From the NCBI GenBank assembly GCA_000004985.1, contig GG738846.1: a DNA stretch of 64,000 nucleotides; one strand, given 5' to 3'. This DNA is from Naegleria gruberi. Taxonomy: Eukaryota. The position numbers and the translations under genes are program-made. Below the pieces are notes generated by a model. That model ran no database searches and was not told where the DNA came from. It saw nothing but the letters and a program-made list of their open reading frames with translations. Positions 1 through 11,100 of the stretch are shown here, in pieces. Numbering within the stretch: the stretch's first letter is position 1; the number at the start of each line of letters is the position of its first letter.

Positions 1-1384
1 TTCTTCGTCATCAAATAGGAATCATCAATCCAGTAATCAGAGTCCTCTTCTTAGACTCACCCGATATGAACATATGAATGATTTGGCAAGAATGTTTTTT
101 GAGCAACATTCGGAATTACTTCCAACAACAAGCCTCCGATCATCAAATTCAACCCTCAACAATAATCCATCACCCATTTTTGCATCAAATAGTAATAATA
201 GTAATAGTAATAATAATAGTATTTTGAATAATGTTGCTCTATCACCTAATGTTACACCACCACGAAAAATCACATCACAAAAACAACAAAGGCTAAATGC
301 TGTTGAACATACATTAAAAACACCATCAGAATGGAAGGAAGGCTTGGGTGATATGCCGATTATTCTAGTTAATATGATAGAGGATAATAATTTGGTTAGA
401 CTTTCACCAGAATCAAGATTAGCCTTGTTGATCAGTGGAGATGGTGATAGTCAGGAATACTTATCTGTATTGCCCTCTCATAAACCAAAGACTTTGATTC
501 ATCAAGATAGAAAATTGAAACCCTATATCAAGTGTAAATTTAATGATAAATTAATGAATGGAGAGATAATTACTAGAGGATCTTCCAAGTTTATTGAAAT
601 TAATATTGATACATTATATTCAACCTTTTTCCCAGCTGATAATATTGCTAAATATGAAAATACTAAAATTATCGAACTCGAAATTTTTACTGGAAAACAA
701 ACAAAGAGCTTTTCATTCAATTGCTGTAAAACTAAATCAACTAGAAATTTGAAACGAACAACAATAATTTATGGAGCTTCAGAAGCAAGAATCAAAAATC
801 AAACATTACAAAACGAGGAAAAAGTAAGAAAAACAATAGATAGACTTTCTGATCAATCATCATCATGCTCCTCCTCAAATCATACCATTCCCAAACTAGT
901 TGACGTCAAACCTAGCCACCTTCCAACAATCCACAAAGATCCTCCAACTAGTGATCATGTACATATTCCTCAACATGTTGTTTCCAATCCTCAACAAGTA
1001 TTGCAACAACATTCAACACCAAGAAAAATAACTAGAGAAACTCTAGATCATAATGGAAGAGTTACAAATGTTATTACCGAGTACTACAATAATGACTCCC
1101 CAAAAAAAAAGATGGAACCTCTTGTTCCTTTGAAAAAAGCTAATACACCAACACCTAGAGAGGTCATTTCGCTTGATGATGAAGTGACTGTTACACCATC
1201 AAGAAAGAAACGTAAATCCAATATTAATACCAACAACTCTGTAATTTTGATTGAGGACGAAGAAAAACCACCTGTCAGATCCATTAAGCCAAAACAAGAG
1301 GAAACAGTTATTGCTCCAATAATTGAACCAACAACACCAAAAAAGACAATTTCATTCTCTAGTGTTATTAACCTAGATGATTAG
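1..1384 (+). CDS. N/S-rich, basic, low-complexity protein; 5' partial (reading frame is open back to nt 2, so the start codon is probably upstream of the window)
   Basis: ORF 74..1384 with no in-frame stop upstream to the window edge. Composition is poly-N/S with many K/R residues (nuclear-like). No recognisable catalytic motif. Confidence 0.5.
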   Translation, partial: SSSSNRNHQSSNQSPLLRLTRYEHMNDLARMFFEQHSELLPTTSLRSSNSTLNNNPSPIFASNSNNSNSNNNSILNNVALSPNVTPPRKITSQKQQRLNAVEHTLKTPSEWKEGLGDMPIILVNMIEDNNLVRLSPESRLALLISGDGDSQEYLSVLPSHKPKTLIHQDRKLKPYIKCKFNDKLMNGEIITRGSSKFIEINIDTLYSTFFPADNIAKYENTKIIELEIFTGKQTKSFSFNCCKTKSTRNLKRTTIIYGASEARIKNQTLQNEEKVRKTIDRLSDQSSSCSSSNHTIPKLVDVKPSHLPTIHKDPPTSDHVHIPQHVVSNPQQVLQQHSTPRKITRETLDHNGRVTNVITEYYNNDSPKKKMEPLVPLKKANTPTPREVISLDDEVTVTPSRKKRKSNINTNNSVILIEDEEKPPVRSIKPKQEETVIAPIIEPTTPKKTISFSSVINLDD

Positions 1385-3033
1385 GAGGATTTTAATTGAT
1401 CGCGAATCATTGTAAAATTAGGCTGCCTCTTCCTTTGACAAGGACATAATCTTCTTGTTCCTGAACCTGGTTCAGGCCTATTTTCACATTTAAACCTACT
1501 TGGTCTATAACCTATTATACATTCATTACTCAAAGCATCAATACTTGGAGAGATTGAGTCACCCTCTGTTGTTTCAACTTTACAAATACATGGTCTATTC
1601 ACTACTTTTGACAGCTCGTCACAATGATTAATGTAAGGGAAAAACTCAGGACTACACGTAGAATAAGTATGTCCGCAACAAGTTGTACAATCCTCATCTG
1701 CATCACACAATATGCTTTCAACATTTTTCAATGTGGCAAGATTATATTTGTGAGTAGGAGTTTTGATTGGCATTTCGTAAATATCATGCGTTATAGATCC
1801 TTCCTTTGATTCTTTAGACTTTTTACAAGGTGAGAATAATGAATCTGGACAATTATTCAAATCAAAATTGTGCAATAAACCAGCATGCACAATTGTCTCG
1901 TAACAATGAGGAAATCCAATATTATATTGATTCTCAGGTCTATTATTGCCTACAGCAGATATCAGCCCAATGTGTTGCATTAATTGGAATCGATAAGTGT
2001 ATAATTGCCTAGATTTGAAATGCACCTTTCCAAAATTATTCTTCCTATCAAGAAATTCCTCAATCAGAGCATCAATTGGAAAATCTCTAAATCCATACCT
2101 TTCACACATTTTAATTATTGAAGGAATGTCTCTCCTCTGTACAATAATTCCATTTAATCCAAATGAAAATCTAATACCAGAATATTCATCCCTATTCGAA
2201 GCCAAATTGAAAACATTCACCAAATGAGATGACAAGTCGTTACAGATCATAAAATCATCCTCCATCAATATTACATTCCTATCAATATCTGAAACTGCAA
2301 CAAACATTTTAAGCATATCATAGAAATTATTGGCATGATTTCTCTTTTTAGCATTCAACAAGTGAGATGTGAAAATTGAACTTGCTATTTGATTTTCCAG
2401 AATTCTAAATCTTCCAGAATTGAGAATATGTTCTGGTATGGCAATTTCCAATTCCTTCCTCATATCAGGTAAATTATTAAAAACTGTGATACATGGTTTG
2501 AAAATGGTTCCTTCCAATTCATTGTAAATACTCGAAACTGAAGACGAAAGATAAGAATATTTAATATCCGTTCTTGGATAGGTTAGTATCAAGATATCTA
2601 CTGCACAATCATGAGCTGTCCACTGTTTTAAAAGTTTCCTTTCGGAATTTGTTTCTTCAAATTCAGGTTCTTCGTAGAGTTCTGCTGTCTCTTCTTCCAT
2701 TTCTTCGTCTTCATATGAAGAAGATGATGATTTGGATAGGTTGTTAGTTTCTTCCGATATTTGATGTTTTATGTTACCTCTCTGGGAATGTGAATTTCCG
2801 AGTTTAGTGTGGTCGAATGTATTCGAAACTTCTAGATAGAGTGCCTTCATAGCAGCAAACTTTTCAACTTGTTTAATGTTGAATAGTAAATTAAACACAA
2901 ATAAACAACCCATTATCGTCAATAATACTAATACGAAACATTTCGTTCTATGACTCCACAGCATTTTTTTTGTTCCAAACCAAAACATTAAAACTCCGCA
3001 AATGTAAAGATGATGGAATCCAAGTAATCTCAT
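1381..3033 (-). CDS. Type II membrane protein with a Cys-rich C-terminal region; possible DxD-type glycosyltransferase (function uncertain)
   Basis: 550-aa ORF. N-terminal hydrophobic anchor (LLTIMGCLFVFNLLF). Acidic stretch, then a globular region containing 'LMEDDFMI' (DxD-like), then a C-terminal Cys-rich segment. Stop overlaps the convergent upstream gene by 4 nt. Confidence 0.5.
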   Translation of the reverse strand: MRLLGFHHLYICGVLMFWFGTKKMLWSHRTKCFVLVLLTIMGCLFVFNLLFNIKQVEKFAAMKALYLEVSNTFDHTKLGNSHSQRGNIKHQISEETNNLSKSSSSSYEDEEMEEETAELYEEPEFEETNSERKLLKQWTAHDCAVDILILTYPRTDIKYSYLSSSVSSIYNELEGTIFKPCITVFNNLPDMRKELEIAIPEHILNSGRFRILENQIASSIFTSHLLNAKKRNHANNFYDMLKMFVAVSDIDRNVILMEDDFMICNDLSSHLVNVFNLASNRDEYSGIRFSFGLNGIIVQRRDIPSIIKMCERYGFRDFPIDALIEEFLDRKNNFGKVHFKSRQLYTYRFQLMQHIGLISAVGNNRPENQYNIGFPHCYETIVHAGLLHNFDLNNCPDSLFSPCKKSKESKEGSITHDIYEMPIKTPTHKYNLATLKNVESILCDADEDCTTCCGHTYSTCSPEFFPYINHCDELSKVVNRPCICKVETTEGDSISPSIDALSNECIIGYRPSRFKCENRPEPGSGTRRLCPCQRKRQPNFTMIRDQLKSS

Positions 3034-3479
3034 TCTTGTTGTTTAGAAATCCATCAATTCCACTTGATAAGAGAAAGTATTAGTTTACTTCAAAATACAT
3101 GAAGAATTGTATAAGAAACAAGTAATATATTCAGCTTACCAAATTATTCTTCTTATTAATCTGTATTCTCAACATTGTAATTTTTGTATTAGTTCTATTC
3201 AGAATCACCTAGATGGATCCAAATGGAGTACTTCTCTTGCTTACAAAACCAATTCTCAAGAAATGCCACGTCTGGAGATTGGCTTCGCACATGATTTTAA
3301 GCAATTTGGCAAAACAACTTTTTTGTGTTTTAAAGTGCTTTATTTTGAAACAACACAAGAAATCAAACAACAATCTTTTGATAATTAGCTGAAGATTGAG
3401 CCAACTTTGAAATCTTTTCAAATAACATCAAGTCTTTATTCAATAATTGCCAAATCCTTAAAATTTTCATCTCACGATC

Positions 3480-4640
3480 TGGCATTTAATGATACACTTG
3501 TAAATAGAAACTTTCCTTTCCAATAAATTATAGATTCGATAAAAAAGGTAATCCAAATTCTCTTTGTTTACAATTTGTATAGCTCCCAACTAACAACTGT
3601 CATGATGGATTTCCATGATTCGATTGTTAATGTCCACTGTAATTCCACTAAAGTCAATCAACTCTTCCTTATTTGTATTCAATATCAAATTAAGACTCCC
3701 ATTCAACAATTACAAAATTACAATTGCAACAAAGTATCACAATGAGAATCCCTCATTTACATGTCCTTTAGCATAATCTTCCAATCTTACATTTCAGATC
3801 TGAGCAATAATTTTCTTACATTCCAATTGCATCTATTAAGGAAATGAATATTCTTTAAGAATCTCCGACACAACACCTCTAACGAAAAAAACCCTTAAAA
3901 CCCAACCGCTGATTAGTTGAACTAGACATTTGATACAAAAAAACAACACCAACAATATAAGAAGAACACACACATCAACAGTGTTTCTTTTATCCACCCT
4001 CTCTTACTCTATATTTTTACTTTAAAGAATATTCTTAATAGATAGACATGATGTTGAACAATAACAAGTTCAAGTATAACAAATTTTCAATTGTTGATTT
4101 TTCAACAGCAACCAATAATAATAATGATAATCATTCGACAAATCAAATACCAAAGAAGAGAGGAAGACCTTCAAAGAAGAAATGCACTACAACAACTGGT
4201 GGTGCTGCTCAAATGATTGTCAGATCGACAGAATTATTCAATACACAACAACACACATTTTCACCTTCCAAATTACAACCCTATGAAAATGAATTGAAAC
4301 AATTTTTCAATGAATTTTCACCAATTTTGAACAAGAAAAGAAAAATTGAAAAGAAGAAGAAACATTGTCAATCCATTACAAAATGTAATAGAGAAAATAA
4401 TAGAGAAACATTGAGTGAAGAAACTAGATCGAATCAATCCTTATCAAATTCATCCATTGATTCCATCACTCCACTTTTAACTTTCTCAACAATATCATCC
4501 TCAACTAATTCAATCAATAATTCTGTAATATCACCATTGCCACCATCTTTATCGTCCTCATCATTTGATTTGCCAATTAAGAGAAAAATAATAAGAACTT
4601 CAATATCAATAAAAGAATTATTAAATTAATAATCATGAAT
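3480..4640. repeat. Left arm of a large inverted duplication (carries AT-hook gene copy A plus about 570 bp of its 5' flank)
   Basis: Reverse complement of 17675..18720 aligns by eye with 3480..4640. Identity is about 90–95% over 3861..4629 (e.g. 'atctccgacacaacacctctaacgaaaaaaacccttaaaacccaaccgctgattagttgaactagacatt' on both arms). The outer ends are more diverged. Confidence 0.8.
4048..4629 (+). CDS. Small AT-hook protein (PKKRGRPSKKK) with conserved C-terminal 'IKRKIIRTSISIKELLN' tail; paralogue A
   Basis: 193-aa ORF with an AT-hook core (RGRP flanked by K/R), N/S-rich. About 95% identical in protein to the inverted copy at 17688..18257. Confidence 0.7.
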   Translation: MMLNNNKFKYNKFSIVDFSTATNNNNDNHSTNQIPKKRGRPSKKKCTTTTGGAAQMIVRSTELFNTQQHTFSPSKLQPYENELKQFFNEFSPILNKKRKIEKKKKHCQSITKCNRENNRETLSEETRSNQSLSNSSIDSITPLLTFSTISSSTNSINNSVISPLPPSLSSSSFDLPIKRKIIRTSISIKELLN

Positions 4641-5152
4641 GTGATGGTCAGCGGCATGTGTTGCAAACGAAATGGAATTTTAAATTGTGTGACATTTGAA
4701 TAATTTGGATAATTTGGCAATTATAAGGAATAGATTGAGAACCAAGGAATTTAATGATGTTGTTAATTGGATGAAAATTGGTAATTTTAAACTCTAAATA
4801 CGGATTCTATTTCTAATAAATAGAGAGAATATGAACAATGATAAATTTCATGATTTGTAACCAACCATGTTTGAACCATCTCTTTGTATTTTTGGAAAGT
4901 GTGGAACACCAAGTTGACCAATATTCGATTACAACATCCAATTTAAGATTTTGAAAGGACAAATTAGTAGAAGCATGATCTCCTTCTCAAGAATCCTATT
5001 TTTTTAAAGGTCGTTCCTTTCTAAGTTGGTGGTGAATATTCACACAATATTCCTTCGGCATCTGTCAACACGATAAATTCGACCTAATGAATGTGGTCTG
5101 CCTTTTAATTTTCAAAAAGAAACAAAACTAAACACTAGCAACCAACAAAACC

Positions 5153-5692
5153 ATGACAAATTATAACAAGTTTTCCATCATTGAATTTACATCAAATTCT
5201 AACTATCAACAACACTCCAACAATAACTCAACTACATGTCAGAATTCAACACAACAAAAAGAACAACCAAAGAAAAGAGGAAGACCTGTCAAAACATCCA
5301 CATCTACTACTAATAATAACAATACACACATGATGATTGTAAAATCCACTGAAATGTTATCTACACATGTGTTTTCACCTTCCAAATTACAACCTTATGA
5401 ACATGTATTGACTCAATTTGTTACATGTGATTTTTCGAAAGCTCAACAACAACAATCCATGATTTCAAAAAAGAAGAAACAAGTGAGAAGGAATCAAAAC
5501 AAGGTGAATTGTTCAATAGAAAATGAATACTCTTCAACTTCAAATCAATCGAATGCTGACTCAATTGTACCATTATGCAATTTTCTTGCAACAAGCTCTA
5601 TACTTGATAATTCTAGATCTGAATTATCAAATAGCACTACAATGAAGAGGATTATCAGAACATCCATTTCAATAAAAGAATTATTAAATTAA
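5153..5692 (+). CDS. Small AT-hook protein (PKKRGRPVKTS), diverged tandem paralogue B of 4048..4629
   Basis: 179 aa. Same N-terminal 'KFSI(V/I)(D/E)F(S/T)' start, AT-hook, 'FSPSKLQPYE' block and identical C-terminal 'RIIRTSISIKELLN'. Confidence 0.7.
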   Translation: MTNYNKFSIIEFTSNSNYQQHSNNNSTTCQNSTQQKEQPKKRGRPVKTSTSTTNNNNTHMMIVKSTEMLSTHVFSPSKLQPYEHVLTQFVTCDFSKAQQQQSMISKKKKQVRRNQNKVNCSIENEYSSTSNQSNADSIVPLCNFLATSSILDNSRSELSNSTTMKRIIRTSISIKELLN

Positions 5693-5889
5693 TTATAAAT
5701 ATATTAATGTAAGATTGTGTGTAATTCAGCTAATGAAAAACTCGATAAGCACGATTTTCAAGTTTAATAATTATTTGTACAAGATTTATTGGACTATCAA
5801 TTCGCTACAAACGAATTGATGTCTTTGAACTTAGTGTGTAGTGTTGTTGGTGTTGGTTTGTTGTGAGTGTTTGTGAAATTGACTGTTAT

Positions 5890-6879
5890 CTAGTACTTGG
5901 ATTTGTCGACATCATCAAAGAATGGATGTTTGAGGGCTTCCTTGGCAGAAATTCTCTTGTTTGGTTGGTATTCTAACATACGAGTGAGCAAATCAATACC
6001 ACAATCGTCCAATCTGCTACAGACAGCAGGTAAGTGATTCCCCTTCCACTTTGGGAATTTGTTATTGAAACTGGCGAAACCCTTCAAAGATGAAACACCA
6101 GGCCAAATTTCTTCATTAGGAGTACCAAGGTTTTGGAAGATCTTGAATAACATATCAATTTCAGAATCAGCTGGGAATAAGGCAGTACCATTAACCAATT
6201 CAGCAAAGATACAACCAATAGACCAGATATCAACAGGAGTAGAATACTTTTCACTTCCGAGTAAGATTTCAGGTGCTCTGTACCATAAAGTAACAACTTC
6301 GTGTGTAAGTTTACCACATGGCAATTGGAAAGCTCTGGCCAAACCAAAATCAGCCAATTTGAGCATCAAATCATTATCCTTAGTCTTTTGGACGAGAATG
6401 TTTTGTGGCTTTAAATCTCTGTGAATAATTCTAGCAGAGTGACAGAAAGCAATACCCTTAAGAGTTTGATAGAGGCAAGACTTGATCATGCTCATTGGAA
6501 TTGGTATTCTCTTCTTCTTTTCACCTTCAATTCTCTTAAATTCGTTCATGTACTTCTTCAAATCCAATTCAATAAATTCAAAGACTAAATGTAAATTATC
6601 ATCACCATGAATAACTTCGATCAAATTAACGACATTTGGATGATGCATCTCCTTCAACAAGGAAATTTCTCTGATGGAGGTACTTGGTACACCTTCATCT
6701 TCATGTTCTAAACGGATCTTCTTGATGGCTACAACATTCTTATTAGTAAGATCAATTGCTCTATATACAACACCATAGGTACCTTCACCTAATTTATCTT
6801 GTCTATCGTATCGGGCAAGACCCTTTGCTGCAGCAGAGAAGTGTTGTTGCTGTTGTTGTGGTAGGGACAAGGAAGTCAT
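5890..6879 (-). CDS. Cyclin-dependent kinase, CDK1/CDK2 (PSTAIRE-class) family; PSTAIRE variant 'PSTSIRE'
   Basis: Single exon, 329 aa. GEGTYGVVY glycine loop; '[29 protein letters not shown]' is near-identical to the CDK1 PSTAIRE helix; HRDLKPQN; DFGLAR; the segment from [10 protein letters not shown] onward. Q-rich N-terminal extension. Confidence 0.9.
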   Translation of the reverse strand: MTSLSLPQQQQQHFSAAAKGLARYDRQDKLGEGTYGVVYRAIDLTNKNVVAIKKIRLEHEDEGVPSTSIREISLLKEMHHPNVVNLIEVIHGDDNLHLVFEFIELDLKKYMNEFKRIEGEKKKRIPIPMSMIKSCLYQTLKGIAFCHSARIIHRDLKPQNILVQKTKDNDLMLKLADFGLARAFQLPCGKLTHEVVTLWYRAPEILLGSEKYSTPVDIWSIGCIFAELVNGTALFPADSEIDMLFKIFQNLGTPNEEIWPGVSSLKGFASFNNKFPKWKGNHLPAVCSRLDDCGIDLLTRMLEYQPNKRISAKEALKHPFFDDVDKSKY

Positions 6880-7193
6880 AATGATGGAGGATGGAAGGCT
6901 TGATTTGTTGTTGGATTTTTTTTTTGCTGTGATGTGTTTTGAAAATGTGTAACGGTTTGGGTTTTATATTGGCGCGAGTTACAATACGTAACGGTTTTTG
7001 AAAAGCAGTTCGTTGCAGACAGTATTTTGTTGTTTTGAAAATTTTGATGCTTTTTAATATGTAACGGTTGCTGTATGGATTAGTAGGCTCACAAAAGGTT
7101 CTTTCTCACTGGTCCGTATCTTCAAGGATATAATATTCGACTCTTGATCAAGACAGATAATTATTTACAAAGTTTAAGAGATGATGAATATAA

Positions 7194-7970
7194 TTACTCA
7201 TCATCTTCATTATTCTGACTCGTCATTTCAACACTTGTTCGTTCTCTTCTTGATGACGAATCAATTTCATCCTCGTTATAAGTATTTGCATTATTATTGA
7301 ATGGTTGATTCAACTTCTCCCTTCTTCTCTTAATAAGACAACAATAGACAGCCATTGCAGCACTTATCAAACAACAAATACACAACATGATGAGAATAAT
7401 CAAGGCAGCAATAGCATAATTTCTCAATCGGATTGAATTATCACCCGGATACTTGATTTCAACAATCATACCAACAACACTTCCCGAATCAAGACGACAC
7501 TTTGCTTGAAAATCAAAAGAAGTACAACTTTCAATATCAAAATTAATAGCCAAATCAAATTCATCATCATCTTGAATATCATCATCTAATTTAATACATA
7601 CAACAACACTGCTTGGTGTTAATGCTGATGAAAATTGACACAGATGATAATCATCCTTCACATGATAACAATGATTCAATACAATTTGATCAGAATTACT
7701 CCAATAGGAGGAAAGAGTAATCTGATTTGAAGAGGTAACAATCTGAACTAGTGAAACATTTCTTCCTGAACATTGTCCATCAAATCCATATAAATCTCCC
7801 AATAAAAGTGATCGGGAGGTGAAGGTGGAATTGTCTAGATTGTTGGTAGAGAAGGAAATTGCTTGATTGTGTGGTTGATAAATTTTAGATAACATAGAGG
7901 TTGGAAAACAGTGAATGGTTGATGCGATGAGCAAAATGCCAAACATCAAAGGTAAAGTGAATGATGACAT
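7194..7970 (-). CDS. Type I membrane protein of unknown function (signal peptide, Cys-containing ectodomain, one TM, acidic cytoplasmic tail)
   Basis: 258-aa ORF. N-terminal hydrophobic signal 'FGILLIASTIHC'. C-terminal TM 'AALIILIMLCICCLISAAMAVYCCLI' followed by 'KRRREK' stop-transfer. Confidence 0.55.
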   Translation of the reverse strand: MSSFTLPLMFGILLIASTIHCFPTSMLSKIYQPHNQAISFSTNNLDNSTFTSRSLLLGDLYGFDGQCSGRNVSLVQIVTSSNQITLSSYWSNSDQIVLNHCYHVKDDYHLCQFSSALTPSSVVVCIKLDDDIQDDDEFDLAINFDIESCTSFDFQAKCRLDSGSVVGMIVEIKYPGDNSIRLRNYAIAALIILIMLCICCLISAAMAVYCCLIKRRREKLNQPFNNNANTYNEDEIDSSSRRERTSVEMTSQNNEDDE

Positions 7971-8156
7971 TTTTTAGATGGCTGTTAATTGTCAGTTTGA
8001 TGTTTTTGAAGGGTTTTTTAATGTAATAAATGAAGATAACAATCTTAAACATTGCACAATAATGAATAAGTTTTCAACAAATTTTAACGCGCCAATTTTT
8101 ATCCAGTTGTGAGTGGAAATTTTCAAGGTATTTTTAGTTTAAAATTCTAGAAAAAA

Positions 8157-11100
8157 ATGTCACACACCACAACGAACGAAAATGTGATGACAGACGAAGA
8201 TCAAATTGTCAACATACACACTGTGGAAGTGGTTGATGAAGATGATAATTTATCTATAAATTCCGATACATTAAGAGCATTGGATGATGAACAAAATAAC
8301 GAAGAACAGCAGCAACAACAGCCTGCCGAATTAAATAATACACAAGAATTGTTGGATGATTTGGGAGGATTTAACGATGATGAAGATGTAAATATTGATA
8401 ATTATGAGGAAAAACCACATAGTAGAAAATACTCTCAAATTGAGGATGACGATGATGTATTGGAAAATTTGGATCTTACCGATCTTTCTCCGATTATTGA
8501 AAATCCTCTCAAGAAACAAAAATTCGATCAAATAGATGAAAATAATCGACCAGTAGAAACATTTGGATTTGTTTCTGCTAAATTAACTTCATCGAGTAAG
8601 GATGAAGAAAATATATCGAGTGAAAAACCACCTGCCACAGATGGTTTTGTGTCTGCTGCTTCAAATAGACCTTCAGAAACATTTGGATTTGTTTCAGCTT
8701 CCTCAAATAATAGACCTGCAGAGACTTTTGGATTCGTCTCTGCCAGACCACCTACAAAGTACACCTATCATCCAGAGGAGGACGATGAAAAACCAGCAGC
8801 AACTGAGGGTTTTGTTTCAGCAGCTCCATCAAAACGTCCACCAGAAACATTTGGATTTATGAAAGCAAATGGAGACAATTTTGAATCAGAAACTGAAGAA
8901 AATTATCAAATTAACAAACCAGCAGCAACAGATGGATTTGTTTCTGCCTCCACTGACAAGCCTTCAGAAACTTTTGGATTTATTTCAGCCTCTTCAAACA
9001 AACCACCTGCTACAGATGGATTTGTCACTGCAGGCAAAGATTCCAAAAAGTATACTTATAACCCTGAGGAAGACGAAAAACCACCTGCTACAGATGGTTT
9101 TGTGTCAGCTGCCTCAAATAATAGACCAGTAGAGACTTTTGGGTTTGTTTCTGCTAGACCACCAACAAAGTATACATATAACCCTGAGGAAGACGATGAA
9201 AAACCACCAGCAACTGAAGGTTTTGTTTCTGCTAAACCAAAAACTAAATTTGATTCACCAACTGAAATAAGGCCATCCGAAACATTTGGATTTGTTTCTG
9301 CCAGGCCGGCCTCCAAGTATACCTATCATCCAGAGGAGGACGATGAAAAACCAGCAGCAACTGAGGGTTTTGTTTCTGCCTCAAATAGACCTTCAGAAAC
9401 TTTTGGATTTGTTTCAGCCTCTTCAAACAAACCAGCACCAACAGATGGATTTGTATCCGCCTCGAATAGAACTAACGAAAATGAGATGGATATTTCAGAT
9501 GAAAGACCACCTGCCACAGATGGTTTTCAAAGCGCCCTAGATAGACCACCACCAACTGAAGGATTTTTGTCTGCATCTAATAGACCACCAGAGACATTTG
9601 GGTTTTTAAAGGCAAACACAAGCACTCCTGCCGAAACTGATGGATTTCAGGTTGCCAATAATCGTCCACCTGCAACAGATGGATTCGTATCGTCTAAATC
9701 GTCTAGTACTTTCAAAACTCCTTCAAAGAATAATGTAAATATTGAATTATCCACACCTAGTAATAATAGTGACATATTTAAAACACCAAGTAAGGTTGGT
9801 AGCTCACTTAATAAGAAAACACCTGCTACGAAGAGAAGTATAAAGAATCCATTTGCTTCTCTTACCACAGAGCAAGGTGACACTAAGAAGGAAACTCCTA
9901 CAAATAGAATCAATGAAACTGTAAAGAAAAAGCAAAAGAAATTTGTAACTCCAATCAAATCGAAGGAAAGTTTTGAAGAAGCTAAAAAACGTGAAAGTGA
10001 AAGGAGGTCAGCTTCCACTTCTTCTTCTTCGTCAATTAGTATCACAAAGAAAACTTCTGACACAACACCAATAACAGCACCAAGCTGGGTACCTGTAAAA
10101 CACCACAAATCTGATTCAAAGGAGGAAGTTCATGTAAAAAGAAGGATAAATACTTTGGGAATATGTGAACAGCTACCTATTGAGAAGATTAAGAGAGAGG
10201 GAGTATCCCAATATTCAATAACAATGACTAGCATTTCCGCCAAGACATTTAAATTTAATTTGAATGATTTCAAAGTATCAAATGAAATGATAGAAGCAAT
10301 AGTGAGCCTTAATGGAAACAAAAGAGTAGTGAATTTTGGAAGTGAAGAATATGAACGGTTATTAGTACATTTTGGTGCTAAAACAAGTGTTGTAAAAACT
10401 GATTGGGTTGAAAATCACTATAGGTGGATTGTTTGGAAATTGGCAAGTCTCGATAGGACATTCCCAAATGACAAGTCTTTTCCATTTTTGACTCCTGAAA
10501 AGGTTTTAGGACAACTAATTTATAGGTATAATGTTGAATTTTGTAAAGGAAAAAGATCATGTTTGAAAATGATTGCTGAAAAGGACATTCCTCCTGGTCA
10601 ATTCATGGTTCTGATGGTATCATCTTTATCAAATAACGATAACGATATGGAAGAATGTAAAACTATAGAACTTAGTGATGGTTGGTACAGTATGAAGGCA
10701 AAATTAGATGAACAACTATCCAGGTATTTGGAATGGTGCAAGATACGTATAGGTCAAAAATTGAGAATTGTAGGAGCATCTTTTGTTGAAAATTTTGAAC
10801 CTGCTCCTCCTTTGGAGTTGCCTGGAAATGCATGTTTAAAGCTGAGCATTAATGGTGTTAGAAAGGCTCACTGGGATACCACATTAGGATTCCAATACGG
10901 AAGAATGCCTTTCAAAGTTTCATTCAAATCCATTCAAAGCAATGGAGGAAATATTCCTTGTATCAGAGCCATTGTTAAAAGAGTGTATCCACAAAAGTTC
11001 TTGGAGAAAATCACTGACGAAAGTGGTACTGTCTCGACAATCATTAGAACTAAACAAGCTGAAGATTACATCTCTGCTATTAATGAGAAGGAAAGAGAAA

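Noticed and set aside
8331-10108. Nine or more antisense and alternative-frame ORFs (60–150 aa) overlapping the BRCA2 repeat region
   Set aside because: They are a by-product of the in-frame tandem repeat. Each repeat unit lacks stops in several frames. They have no independent start context and lie inside a strongly supported 1584-aa gene.
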